Below, piece by piece: positions 1-10,096 of a stretch of 64,000 bases of DNA. Made by a program: the position numbers and the translations under genes. How positions within the stretch are numbered: position 1 is the stretch's first letter; each line of letters starts with the position of its first letter. The stretch comes from an uncultured Ignavibacteriales bacterium (lineage in GTDB: Bacteria > Bacteroidota > Ignavibacteria > UBA10030 > SZUA-254). Below the pieces are notes generated by a model, which saw only the letters and a program-made list of their open reading frames with translations, was not told where the DNA came from and searched no databases. The stretch covers positions 385,002 through 449,001 of the forward strand of contig CAVQPS010000010.1 in the NCBI GenBank assembly GCA_963714795.1, given 5' to 3'.

Positions 1-1448
1 CCGGATTCGGCAAACCGGGCGACAAGAAAAAGAAGAATGAATTTGCTACACGCCGCGTGTGGGAATCGATTAAAGATCTTCGCTCCGTCGGAGTTATCCG
101 TGAAGATAAGGAAAAAAAGATCATTGAGATTGCAGAACCGATGGGAGTTGTTGCTGCTCTCATTCCATCGACAAATCCGACATCGACAGTTATGTTCAAG
201 GCAATCATTTCGGTGAAAGGACGTAACGGCATCGTTGCAAGTCCGCATCCGCGGGCCGCAAAATGTACAGGCGAAGCAATGCACGTTATCGCTCAAGCCG
301 CAGAAGCGGCAGGCGCACCGCAAGGTTTGATGGCATGTTTGAGTATGCCGACCATCGAAGCAACAAACGAGTTGATGAAGCACAAACTGGTTTCCATCAT
401 TCTTGCCACCGGCAGTAACCCGATGGTGCGATCGGCATATAGTTCAGGAAAACCGGCATACGGCGTCGGATCGGGAAATGTTCCGGCGTATATTGAGAAA
501 ACCGCCGACATCCGGAAAGCGGTTGCCGATGTCGTGTCCGGGAAAACATTCGATCTTGGTGTACTATGTTCGACGGAAGCGTCGGTTGTCGTCGATTCAG
601 CCGTCAAAAATATTGTCGTCGAAGAATTCAAACGAAGGCATTGTTATTTTGTCGAAGGCGAGGAAAAAGAAAAACTGAGCAGATTGATGTTTGATCAGCG
701 CGGCGGCATCAATCCGGATATGGTCGGAAAACCGGCAACATTCATTGCACAACATGCCGGCATCAATGCTCCGGCAGAGACAGAAGTATTGGTTGCCGAG
801 CTTCAGGATGTCGGGAGACAAACTCCCCTTTCGCGTGAAAAACTTTCACCGGTTCTTTCGTTCTATACTGTCGACAATTGGCGCGAAGGATGTGAACGAT
901 GTATCGAACTTCTCGAATTCGGCGGCATCGGACACACGATGGTCATCCATTCGATGGATGAAGACATCATCATGAAATTTGCGCTGGAGAAACCGGCTTT
1001 CCGGATTCTGGTCAATACGCAATCGGCACTCGGCGCCGTGGGATACACGAACGAATTGCTTCCCTCGTTGACGCTTGGTCCGGGAACATTCGGCGGATCG
1101 ATCATTTCGGAAAATGTATCGGCGAAACATATGTTCAATGTCAAACGGCTTGCGTTTGAAACACGTCCGATCAATCCTCCCAGCGGAACGGCGGTTCAGC
1201 AGCCGGCACAAAAACCTGAAATCAAACCGGCAATCAGTCACAATACTCCAACACCTGCACCGAAACCGGTTGGATCGAAATCATGGATTGAAGAAATCGA
1301 CGAACGCATTCGTCTGAAAGCGACCAACGCCCCGGTGAAACAACCCAAAGAAGAATCGCCAAGTTCGGTTCCATCAGGACAAAAATTGGGCAGCGGGATT
1401 ACCGAGGACGAGGTCGATAAAATCATTAAGGAATTTTCAAAACGCTGA
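1..1448 (+). CDS. CoA-acylating aldehyde dehydrogenase (acetaldehyde/propionaldehyde dehydrogenase), EutE/PduP family; 5' end lies outside the window; carries a C-terminal Pro-rich tail ending in an amphipathic helix
   Basis: The reading frame is open from position 3 with no stop, so the gene is partial. The motif GVVAALIPSTNPTSTV...ASPHPRAAK matches the EutE/PduP NAD/CoA-binding core. A catalytic-Cys region is seen at LCSTEAS. The last ~90 residues are Pro/Ala/Ser/Lys-rich and end in ITEDEVDKIIKEFSKR. Confidence 0.8.
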   Translation, partial: GFGKPGDKKKKNEFATRRVWESIKDLRSVGVIREDKEKKIIEIAEPMGVVAALIPSTNPTSTVMFKAIISVKGRNGIVASPHPRAAKCTGEAMHVIAQAAEAAGAPQGLMACLSMPTIEATNELMKHKLVSIILATGSNPMVRSAYSSGKPAYGVGSGNVPAYIEKTADIRKAVADVVSGKTFDLGVLCSTEASVVVDSAVKNIVVEEFKRRHCYFVEGEEKEKLSRLMFDQRGGINPDMVGKPATFIAQHAGINAPAETEVLVAELQDVGRQTPLSREKLSPVLSFYTVDNWREGCERCIELLEFGGIGHTMVIHSMDEDIIMKFALEKPAFRILVNTQSALGAVGYTNELLPSLTLGPGTFGGSIISENVSAKHMFNVKRLAFETRPINPPSGTAVQQPAQKPEIKPAISHNTPTPAPKPVGSKSWIEEIDERIRLKATNAPVKQPKEESPSSVPSGQKLGSGITEDEVDKIIKEFSKR

Positions 1449-1495
1449 TGGCACTATAATTCAATTATGGTGCTGCCAAATCATACCGAAATGCC

Positions 1496-1639
1496 AAACC
1501 GTTTCCAACGGTTTAGCATGCAAGCAAACCGATGAATCGGTTAGCGGTCGGTCGCGTTCACACAGCCCCTCGATAAATCGAGGGGCTGGATAAATCGAGG
1601 GGCTGGATAAATCGATGGGATAGATAAACCGAAGGGTTA
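1496..1639. repeat. REP-like element: three short hairpins followed by four degenerate tandem copies of a 17-bp unit (GATAAATCGAGGGGCTG)
   Basis: Hairpin 1 is aaaccgtt-tcca-acggttt at ~1496-1514. Hairpin 2 is aaccga-tgaa-tcggtt at ~1527-1543. Hairpin 3 is cccctcga-taaa-tcgagggg at 1566-1585. The tandem units lie at 1572-1588, 1589-1605 (identical), 1606-1622 and 1623-1639 (progressively degenerate). Confidence 0.6.
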
Positions 1640-1649
1640 AATCATTGCA

Positions 1650-2111
1650 ATGCGGGAGGCATTCATGGTACATTCATTCACGAAAATTTTCATCCATCTT
1701 GTTTGGTCGACAAAATTCCGGCAACCGTTTCTCACCGGCGAATTGCGGCCGACACTAAAAACACATATTGAAATGTATGCTAAAGAAAACAATATCCAGA
1801 TCGAATCGCTTGCCGTGCAGCCGGACCACGTTCATTTACTCATACAATTGCAAAGTGATCAACGCGTTGAAGATATCCCCAAGCTGCTGAAAGGAGAATC
1901 ATCGCATTGGCTCAATTCCCAAGACCTACTTTGTGTCAAATTTTCCTGGCAACGGGGTTATGGCGCTTTCTCGGTAAGTCCCGGCCATGTGGATCGGGTT
2001 CATAATTACATCCTTAATCAGGATGAGCACCATCGCACGAAACCTTTTTCGGAGGAGCTGCAAAATATTCTCGAAAAACATGGATTCACCATGCACGCCT
2101 CAGAAGATTAA
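1650..2111 (+). CDS. tnpA: IS200/IS605-family HUH Y1 transposase (TnpA), possibly REP-associated tyrosine transposase (RAYT); solitary, with no tnpB
   Basis: The HUH motif is present as HVHLLIQL and the catalytic Tyr region as RGYGAFSVS. The N-terminus FTKIFIHLVWSTKFRQP is typical of IS200 TnpA. Length is ~150 aa. The alternative start at 1665 (MVHSF) is also plausible. Confidence 0.8.
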   Translation: MREAFMVHSFTKIFIHLVWSTKFRQPFLTGELRPTLKTHIEMYAKENNIQIESLAVQPDHVHLLIQLQSDQRVEDIPKLLKGESSHWLNSQDLLCVKFSWQRGYGAFSVSPGHVDRVHNYILNQDEHHRTKPFSEELQNILEKHGFTMHASED

Positions 2112-2143
2112 CCAGTTGTTCAGAAAAAACCTAACGTGTTGTC

Positions 2144-2737
2144 ATGCCCTATAAGAAACTTCCGCGCTCATTCTATCTTCGTCCAACACTGACTGTTGCA
2201 AAAAATCTTCTTGGAAAATATTTTGTCCGAACCTTGGGCAAACAAACGCTGGTCGGAAAGATTGTCGAGGTTGAAGCATATCTCGGCAAGAAGGATCCTG
2301 CAAGTCATACGTACCGCGGTAAAACAAAACGGAATGAGGTCATGTTCAAAAAAGGCGGGCACCTTTATGTCTATTTTACGTACGGTATGCATTTTTGTGC
2401 GAATGTCGTTACAGAACAAGAAGGGATCGGACATGCAGTATTGCTGAGGGCTATCGAACCGGTTGAAGGAATTGATTTGATGAGAAAGAACAGAGGGTTT
2501 GCGACCGATAAGCCGGAAATAAATCTTACCAACGGACCGGCAAAATTATGTGAAGCGTTTGGCATAGCACGAAACGAGAACGGAACCGACCTCCTTGGCG
2601 TCAAAATCTTTATCACACCCGGCAAATCGATTTTGAAGAAACAAATTATTCAATCAACAAGGATCGGCATAAAAAAAGGCATTGAGAAACGATGGAGATT
2701 TTACATCAAAGGAAACCAGTTCGTTTCAAGACCCTAA
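2144..2737 (+). CDS. mpg: DNA-3-methyladenine glycosylase (Mpg/AAG family)
   Basis: The motifs [42 protein letters not shown] and [14 protein letters not shown] are characteristic of PF02245 alkyladenine glycosylases. Confidence 0.85.
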   Translation: MPYKKLPRSFYLRPTLTVAKNLLGKYFVRTLGKQTLVGKIVEVEAYLGKKDPASHTYRGKTKRNEVMFKKGGHLYVYFTYGMHFCANVVTEQEGIGHAVLLRAIEPVEGIDLMRKNRGFATDKPEINLTNGPAKLCEAFGIARNENGTDLLGVKIFITPGKSILKKQIIQSTRIGIKKGIEKRWRFYIKGNQFVSRP

Positions 2738-5608
2738 GATTTCAGCTCCTCTTTCAAAAATTGCCCTGTGTATGATTTCTTATTCTTCGCCACATCCTCC
2801 GGCGCGCCTTCAGCAACAATTTCTCCGCCGTTTTTTCCTCCTTCAGGACCGAGATCGATAACCCAGTCAGCAGTTTTGATGACATCGAGATTATGCTCGA
2901 TGACGATCACGGTGTTTCCTTTATCGACGAGCTTATCGAGCACCGATAACAACATCCGGATATCTTCGAAGTGCAATCCGGTTGTCGGTTCATCCAAAAT
3001 ATAGAGCGTCTTGCCGGTTCCGACTTTTGAAAGCTCCGTCGATAATTTCACACGCTGCGCTTCACCGCCGGAAAGTGTCGTTGCCTGCTGACCCAATCGA
3101 ATATATCCCAGCCCGACATCATACAACGTTTGCAATTTTCTCTGTGAGACTCGGAATCTCGCTGAAAAATTCAACCGCCTCCGCGACTGTCATATTCAAC
3201 ACATCGGCAATCGACTTTCCCTTATACAATATTTCCAGTGTTTCACGGTTATATCGTTTTCCCTTACAAACCTCACACAAGACATACACATCGGGCAGGA
3301 AATTCATTTCAATTTTTCGCACGCCGTCGCCCTCACATTCGTCACAACGACCGCCCTTTACATTGAAACTGAACCTTCCGACCTTGTAACCGCGTATCTT
3401 TGCTTCCGGCAGTTGTGAATACAAATCGCGAATGAATGTGAATAATCCCGTGTACGTTGAGGGATTGGAACGGGGCGTTCTTCCGATCGGTGACTGATCG
3501 ATATCGATCACTTTATCGATATAGGCAAGCCCGTCGATAGATTTGTACGGCAGAGGTATTTCTTTCGACTTAAAAAATTTTCTTGAAAGAATTCGATACA
3601 ATGTTTCGGAAATGAGACTCGATTTTCCGGAACCGCTCACTCCCGTGATGCAGACAAATGTGCCGAGCGGAATATTCAGCGTCAGTGATTTCAGGTTATT
3701 GCCGCGTGCACCAAGAAGAGAAATTGTATTTCCGTTTCCTTTGCGGCGCCGGTTGGGAATTTCAATCTTTTTCTTGCCCGACAAATACAAGGATGTATTG
3801 GATTCGATCCCCTGGTTCACACCGTTGCTCTTTTTTGAAATTTTCAACTGATTCGGCTTACCGGTCGCAACAACATGCCCGCCATGCTCGCCGGCGCCGG
3901 GACCGAGATCAACCAGAAAATCCGCACTCTGAATCATTTCCTTGTCATGTTCGACAACGATCACCGTATTTCCAAGGTCGCGGAGTTCTTTTAAGCTGTT
4001 GATAAGCTTGATGTTATCCCGTTGATGCAGGCCGATGCTCGGCTCATCCAGAATATACAGGACGCCGACAAGTTGTGATCCGATTTGCGTCGCGAGACGG
4101 ATGCGCTGACCTTCACCGCCGGAAAGTGTCCGTGCCGACCGATCAAGAGTCAGATAATCGAGACCGACATTCAAGAGAAAATGCAGTCGTTGAGTGATTT
4201 CTTTCAGAATTTGTTTGGCGATTTCTAACTGCCGGCTCGTCAGTTGCAACATTTCAAAGAAATCATATGCATCCCGGATCGAAAAGCCGACAACGTCGTT
4301 GATATTGAATGTCTTTTTAGATTTTGCATCGACCAATTTCACGGCAAGGCTTTCCCTGCGCAGCCGTCCTCCCTGACACAACTGGCACGGCTTGGTCGTC
4401 ATAAATGATTCAACCCATTGACGAATTCCTTCCGACGAAGTCTCATCGTAATAATGCTTGAGGACATTGATGATTCCGTCAAACCGCTGTTTGTATGTTA
4501 CGATCCTTCCGGTGGAATAGGTATACGGAATTTCAAATTTCTCATCTCCCCCGCCGTGAATCAGAAGATCGATGAACTGCCGGGAAAGTTTTTTGACGGG
4601 AGCGTTCAAATTGATATTGTATTTTTTGGATACTGCGCGAACCTGATTCCACAACCATGTTTCGCGCGGCGCGCCTAACGGTGCAAGCCCTTCCTGATTG
4701 ATCGAAAGGTTCGGATCGGGAAGAATCAGATCCATGTCGAAATCTTTCGTCTCACCGAGACCGCTGCACGTCGGGCAGGAGCCGTACGGTGAGTTGAACG
4801 AAAACGAATTCGGCGCCGGTTCATCGTAACTGATGCCGCAGTTCAAACAGGCAAGATGCTGGCTGAAGAGTTGATCCTCCTCGTTTTTTTCGATAATGAC
4901 AAGTCCGGAACCGATCCGCAATGCCGTTTCAATGGAATCGGCAATCCGGGAACGCATGTCGGACCGAACGACAAGCCGGTCAACGACCACTTCGATATTA
5001 TGGACTTTATATCTGTCGACCTGCATCCCCTTTCGAATTTCTTTTACTTCCCCGTCGACACGCACGCGGAGAAATCCGTCTTTGACGATCTCTTCAAACA
5101 ATTCCCGGTAATGACCTTTCCGACCGCGAATGATCGGCGCGAGGATCTGGATATTCGAATTTTCCGGGTATACCATTACGGCATCGATAATCTGGTCAAC
5201 CGATTGTTTCTGCACAACCCGACCGCAATTGTAACAATGCTGGATGCCGACGCGCGCGAAGAGCAAGCGGAGATAATCGTAAATTTCTGTCACCGTTCCG
5301 ACAGTCGAGCGGGGATTATGAGAAACGGTTTTCTGTTCGATGGAAATGGCGGGACTCAGACCTTCGATCTTATCGACATCTGGACGTTCCATGAGACCAA
5401 GAAACTGTCTGGCATAGGCGGAAAGACTCTCCACATACCGCCGCTGTCCTTCTGCGTAAATCGTATCAAACGCCAGGCTCGATTTTCCCGAGCCCGACAG
5501 TCCGGTAATGACGATCAACTGATCCCGCGGCATCTCAACGTCGATGTTCTTGAGATTGTGAACGCGGGCGCCTTTAACAATAAGTGTTTCTTGTTCCAAT
5601 GAAATCAC
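2734..5608 (-). CDS. uvrA: Excinuclease ABC subunit A (UvrA), split into two ORFs (5608..3119 and 3174..2734) by an apparent single-base frameshift near 3140-3160
   Basis: The N-terminal ORF has the first Walker A motif [13 protein letters not shown], zinc-finger Cys pairs and the second ABC module. The C-terminal ORF carries [30 protein letters not shown] and the Walker B motif [12 protein letters not shown]. The join point ...EFFSEIPS / RKLQTL... matches UvrA across a frame change. Confidence 0.85.
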
Positions 5609-5694
5609 GTGAATGGAAAGGAATAATAAAGGCGACGAATCTTTCGCCGCCTTGCTCTTTCAATGTATAAAACAGGCAAGAAAAATGCAAAACA

Positions 5695-6465
5695 TCATGT
5701 CGCACCAAACCGGCTTGCGTACATTTCCGTCACATATTTCAATGTCACGTTTCCGTTCGATTGATGTTTCAAAAAAATCTTCTTCAAACCGTCGACAATA
5801 AATTCATGACCGGGCTGACCCGGAGCAGGAATATAGGATGCGGACAAGAATCGTCCTTTCATTCCATCCCAATCGAGAATTTGATGGTTCGGCAATTCTT
5901 TCGATACAATTTCTTTCTGAGAAAAAAATTCACAAAGAGTTTTGATATCGATATTTTTATGATGAATTTTTCCATATTCGGGTGTTTCGCGACGGAGGAA
6001 TTCTTCCAGTTCGATATGAAACGGATCACCACTAATTACACGCGTATTCCAGACCAACACTACCCATCCGTTGGGTTTCAAAATCCGTTGAAACTCTCTC
6101 TTTGACAAAGATCGGTCAAACCAATGAAACGCCTGCGCTGAAATTATGAGATCGATACTATTCGACGATAAGGTCGTTCCCTCGGCACTGCCGTTGATAC
6201 TCACAAATTTTTGGTTACTGCTATATTGTTGTTCAGCAGCAATGCGCATGTTGGCATTCGGCTCGACGGCATAGACCTTCCGGAAATGCGGAAGTAAAAT
6301 CTCGGTCATAATTCCCGTTCCGGAACCGATATCAGCGACAATGCTTTCATCGTTCAGGCTGCAAATTTCTTTTATGACACCGATTAATTCTTCGGGATAA
6401 TTCGGCCTATATTTTCGATAATCATTGACCCTATTGGTAAATCGCTCTTTAGAATCGATCTTCAT
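5695..6465 (-). CDS. Class I SAM-dependent methyltransferase (Methyltransf_11-like)
   Basis: The SAM-binding motif I is present as VADIGSGTGIMTE. It is followed by an acidic residue after a beta-strand (YAVEP) and a post-II region IDLIISAQAFHW. Confidence 0.75.
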   Translation of the reverse strand: MKIDSKERFTNRVNDYRKYRPNYPEELIGVIKEICSLNDESIVADIGSGTGIMTEILLPHFRKVYAVEPNANMRIAAEQQYSSNQKFVSINGSAEGTTLSSNSIDLIISAQAFHWFDRSLSKREFQRILKPNGWVVLVWNTRVISGDPFHIELEEFLRRETPEYGKIHHKNIDIKTLCEFFSQKEIVSKELPNHQILDWDGMKGRFLSASYIPAPGQPGHEFIVDGLKKIFLKHQSNGNVTLKYVTEMYASRFGAT

Positions 6466-6509
6466 ACATCATTATTTTTATGGGGTTACTATGTTTTTTC
6501 ACATCGAAT

Positions 6510-8474
6510 TTAATCACCGGTGGTAAATGTGAGCGTATACGGATTATCCAAATGAACTCCTTCTTTCGTCTGAAGACCGGTAGAAATTGTTATGCTGTAC
6601 GTTGTGTTTGCCTGCAATGCGCCGCTGATATTGTACGTAAAAGAAGTTGTTCCGTAATTAAACGATCCGGGAATATTCGGGCCACTTGAGAACGCTCCTG
6701 CAACCGTTGAGGAATTAATATTACCATTCAGAGTGAATATGATTGAACTTAACGTTTTGGAAACACCCACACTTCCATTCGTCACCGATGTGGTTGTCAC
6801 TTGAAACGGTCCTGTCGAAAATGAAAATGAATAAGGACTGCTCAATCCGCCGCCGCCCGTTGACTGAAGTGTCGTCGGAATCGTCACGGAATAATTCGTA
6901 TTTTCCCCAAGCTCAGCAGTCGGGTGGAACGTAAAACTCGTGCTTCCTTCAAACGTTGAAATCCATCCCGGCACGGACGGTGTGATGATAAAATCATTCT
7001 GTATGCCGGTCGTATCGAGAGGTGCATCCACATTGACTGTGATCGTACTGTTCAACGCGATATTTCCCGTTCCGTCGACCGGCGTTGTCGACGTCACATT
7101 GACCGATGCTGTCGAAAACGAAAAGCTGTTCGGCAACGCCAGAGAATCACCGCTCTTCGAATGCAATCCGGATGAAAGCGTTACCATGTACGTCATATTG
7201 GCGCCGAATCCGTTCGATGGTACAAAAGAAAATACCGGCGAATCATTTTGCAATAACAATGTTCCGGGAATAGACGGAACGATCGAAAACGCTCCGCGCA
7301 CAGTTCCGGTATCGACATTATCGGTCAACGTCATCGTGATTCTTGAATTCAGCGCAATGTTGCCGCTTCCATCAGCCGGCGTACTTGTCGAAATTTGGAA
7401 TGGTATCGTCCTGAACGAAAAACTATACGGCTGAAACGGTGAACCGCCCTTTGATTTGAGTGAGTTCGATACGGAAATTGTATACAAAGTGTTCGTCATA
7501 AACCTCGTCCCCGGCTTGAATGAGAATGAGCTTCCACCGTACGCATAGATGAGGCTCCCGGCAATGGGAGGACTGATAGAAAATGCCGGAAAAACCGTGC
7601 TGGTATCGATTGGCGCAGTGAGAGAAATGGTAACCGAATTTGTCACCGGAACATTGATACTTGCATCTAATGGCGTGGTCGTTAAGACCCGGATTGTCGT
7701 TGTTGTAAATGACGATGAATACCCGTTTTGAAAATGATGTCCATACTTATCGTTGGCAGATGGATCTACGGTAACAGTATATTGCGTATCGTTGATTGCA
7801 TTTTTGAAACTATATTTGATAATGGTGGAATCGGGTCCCGGAAATCCCGGCGTATAAATCCATTGACCGGTAAGCGCCGGTGAAATGTGGATGAATTGAA
7901 AGAATGTAGAATCGACCGGGCTGTTCAATGTCAATGTAATCGTCGATGTGGTCCCGACTTCCGCTGTACCGGCAACGGGAGCCATCGAAATGACACGGAA
8001 ATATGGTTCGGGAGTGAATGTCATAGTGTATGCTGAACTGAAAACATTCCCGTTCACGTCGACGGCGCCGGAATCGACCGTCAGACTATACGGCTGGTTG
8101 ATCTTCCAAAGGAATTTATACAACGATCCACGTGCATCCAAAGGAGTGATCGTAAAGGCATTGGTATTTTGTACCGAAACACTCGTCGTATCCAATTGCA
8201 CGTCACCGAGTGAAGACGTCAGATGAAGTGCATGCTTCATGGAAGTTCTGTCCATGATTTTATTAAACCAAATCGTTACCCGATTTGTGTAGTCAAGGTA
8301 TGGTCCGACACTCTTGTTGGATGGATACGTGGTCATGACCAACGGCTTGATTGCCGGGTCTGTTAATGATTGGTACGATTCGCCGGCAGGACCGACAGGG
8401 CCATCCGATCCTTTACAATGAAACGCAATGAATGAACAGACAAGCACAAGTACTGCCGAAAGATAGTTTCGCAT
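6510..8474 (-). CDS. Surface lipoprotein with a short collagen-like Gly-X-Y segment and multiple SbsA/Big-like Ig-fold repeats (paralogue A)
   Basis: There is a signal peptide plus lipobox (AFHC). GPVGPAGE follows directly after the lipid-anchor Cys. The block SLTDP..KP...TYP...SVGPY...FNKIMDRT is conserved with the neighbouring paralogue. Repeated modules of ~100 aa of the type FSI.P.I.G are present. The protein is Ser/Thr-rich with no Cys after the signal peptide. Confidence 0.7.
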   Translation of the reverse strand: MRNYLSAVLVLVCSFIAFHCKGSDGPVGPAGESYQSLTDPAIKPLVMTTYPSNKSVGPYLDYTNRVTIWFNKIMDRTSMKHALHLTSSLGDVQLDTTSVSVQNTNAFTITPLDARGSLYKFLWKINQPYSLTVDSGAVDVNGNVFSSAYTMTFTPEPYFRVISMAPVAGTAEVGTTSTITLTLNSPVDSTFFQFIHISPALTGQWIYTPGFPGPDSTIIKYSFKNAINDTQYTVTVDPSANDKYGHHFQNGYSSSFTTTTIRVLTTTPLDASINVPVTNSVTISLTAPIDTSTVFPAFSISPPIAGSLIYAYGGSSFSFKPGTRFMTNTLYTISVSNSLKSKGGSPFQPYSFSFRTIPFQISTSTPADGSGNIALNSRITMTLTDNVDTGTVRGAFSIVPSIPGTLLLQNDSPVFSFVPSNGFGANMTYMVTLSSGLHSKSGDSLALPNSFSFSTASVNVTSTTPVDGTGNIALNSTITVNVDAPLDTTGIQNDFIITPSVPGWISTFEGSTSFTFHPTAELGENTNYSVTIPTTLQSTGGGGLSSPYSFSFSTGPFQVTTTSVTNGSVGVSKTLSSIIFTLNGNINSSTVAGAFSSGPNIPGSFNYGTTSFTYNISGALQANTTYSITISTGLQTKEGVHLDNPYTLTFTTGD

Positions 8475-8663
8475 AGGTTCCTCTAAGGTGATGGTAATAT
8501 CTACATCTTGACATAAATATCACATGCAGGGTTTAATCCCAAACCAAGTATTTTGTGTTAAATAAGTTTAACGGAAGGAAAATCTCGTCCAAATGTTCGA
8601 AAAAGGATTGATGGACTTACCGTAGCACTAAAGTATCAAACGAAGGAATGAAAAGCAAAGATT

Positions 8664-8704
8664 GGAGCAAAACCCTTGCGGAGGGTTTTCAGAGACCTCC
8701 GCAA
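8664..8704 (-). terminator. Rho-independent terminator downstream of the lipoprotein gene at 8717-10096 (stem also readable on the plus strand)
   Basis: There is a perfect 11-bp stem ccttgcggagg / cctccgcaagg with an 11-nt loop, flanked by T-runs on both strands. Confidence 0.6.
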
Positions 8705-8716
8705 GGTTTTACAATT

Positions 8717-10096
8717 CTAATTTCCCGTGGTAAATGAAAACGTGTAAGGAGTCTTCAGATATGCTCCGCTTTTTGACCGCATCGCGGTTGAAATTGTTGC
8801 TATGTACGTTGTGTTTGCCGAAAGCGGCAGGTTCGTTGTATAATAATAAAAGTAGTAACTTCCATCAGAATAACTAAGATAACCGCTGACTCCCGGGATG
8901 CTGAAAGCCGATTGTACGGTGCCAGTATCTATTTGAGCATTGAATGCAACTGACATCGAGGACAGGGACCTCGAAACTTCCGTAGTTCCGTTACCGGGAG
9001 AGGTCGATGTTACTGTAAATGGTTCGGTTCTGAATGAGAATACATAGGGAGACAAAAATTTTGTTCCATCTTTTGACCGCATCGAAGTATCAATAGTAAC
9101 TGTATAAAGCGTATCCGGAAGAAAACCACCGTTCGGATAAACGGAAAAGTAAGAATCTCCCTCATTATAATTAAAATAACCGGTAATCGCAGGATTAATT
9201 TTAAACGCGGATACGATGGAACCGGTATCAACACTACTCGTGAACTGAATCACTATTTCGTTAGACAACGAGACATTCGTACTGCCATTTTGAGGATTCG
9301 TATAACTCACTCGGAACGGTGTTGTTATAAATGTTGAAACAGACTGCTGTGGCAGGTAATGACCATCTTTGTCGTGTGCCGTCGTCATGACGGTAACTGT
9401 GTATGGTGTATTGGCGGCAAGCGGGGTCGATGAGATATAGTAAATTATTGTTGAATCACCGCAGCAGTTTTCTACCCATGTGCCGGGGACGTTTGGCGTC
9501 AGATGAATTGATGAAAATATGGATGTATCGACAGCACCGTTGAATGTCATTGAAATTTGAGCAGAAGTATAAACATTGGTTGCGCCATTTGCCGGCGAAA
9601 TGCTTCGAATTCGAAAATACGGTTCGGGCTTGAATGTCATGCTGTATGAAGGTGATAACGCATTACCATTGATATCTTTCGCCGATGAATCGATATTTAC
9701 GGTATAGGTCTTTCCGATCTTCCATTGATAGGAAAAAGAAAGACTGTCTATTGCATATGCAAAAAATAAATCACCTCCGACAGAATAAACAGTTGTTGTA
9801 TCGATATGAACTGTCGTACCCGGAGTTGTGAGTTTTATCGCACGCCGCAACAATGTTCTGTCCATAATTTTATTGAAACGAATCTGGAGCTGGTTGGTAA
9901 AGTAGGGATCATATGGACCAACACTATTCGCCGGCGGATACGTGTTGATGACTTTCGGCATGATGGACGGATCGGTCAACGACTCATCGCCCGGTCCGGC
10001 TGGACCCTGCGGACCGGCAGGACCTTGAATTTCTTTACAACTCAATATAAGAAACACCAAAATGAATATTGCCGCACAACAAATAATTTTTGTCAT
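8717..10096 (-). CDS. Surface lipoprotein with a collagen-like Gly-X-Y segment and Ig-like repeats (paralogue B)
   Basis: There is a signal peptide plus lipobox (ILSC). GPAGPQGPAGPGDE follows after the Cys. The block SLTDPSIMPKVINTYPPANSVGPY...IRFNKIMDRT is homologous to the paralogue at 6510-8474. Both end in F(T/S)FTTG(D/N). Confidence 0.7.
   Translation of the reverse strand: MTKIICCAAIFILVFLILSCKEIQGPAGPQGPAGPGDESLTDPSIMPKVINTYPPANSVGPYDPYFTNQLQIRFNKIMDRTLLRRAIKLTTPGTTVHIDTTTVYSVGGDLFFAYAIDSLSFSYQWKIGKTYTVNIDSSAKDINGNALSPSYSMTFKPEPYFRIRSISPANGATNVYTSAQISMTFNGAVDTSIFSSIHLTPNVPGTWVENCCGDSTIIYYISSTPLAANTPYTVTVMTTAHDKDGHYLPQQSVSTFITTPFRVSYTNPQNGSTNVSLSNEIVIQFTSSVDTGSIVSAFKINPAITGYFNYNEGDSYFSVYPNGGFLPDTLYTVTIDTSMRSKDGTKFLSPYVFSFRTEPFTVTSTSPGNGTTEVSRSLSSMSVAFNAQIDTGTVQSAFSIPGVSGYLSYSDGSYYFYYYTTNLPLSANTTYIATISTAMRSKSGAYLKTPYTFSFTTGN

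Noticed and set aside
1572-1639. Possible CRISPR array from short direct repeats
   Set aside because: The units are 17 bp and contiguous, with no spacers, and they degenerate progressively. No cas genes are nearby. The array is better explained as a REP-like tandem array linked to the adjacent Y1 transposase.
4856-5602. 248-aa ORF on the plus strand
   Set aside because: It lies entirely antisense within uvrA, whose homology is unambiguous. It has no recognisable domains and is typical of spurious antisense ORFs in GC-moderate genes.
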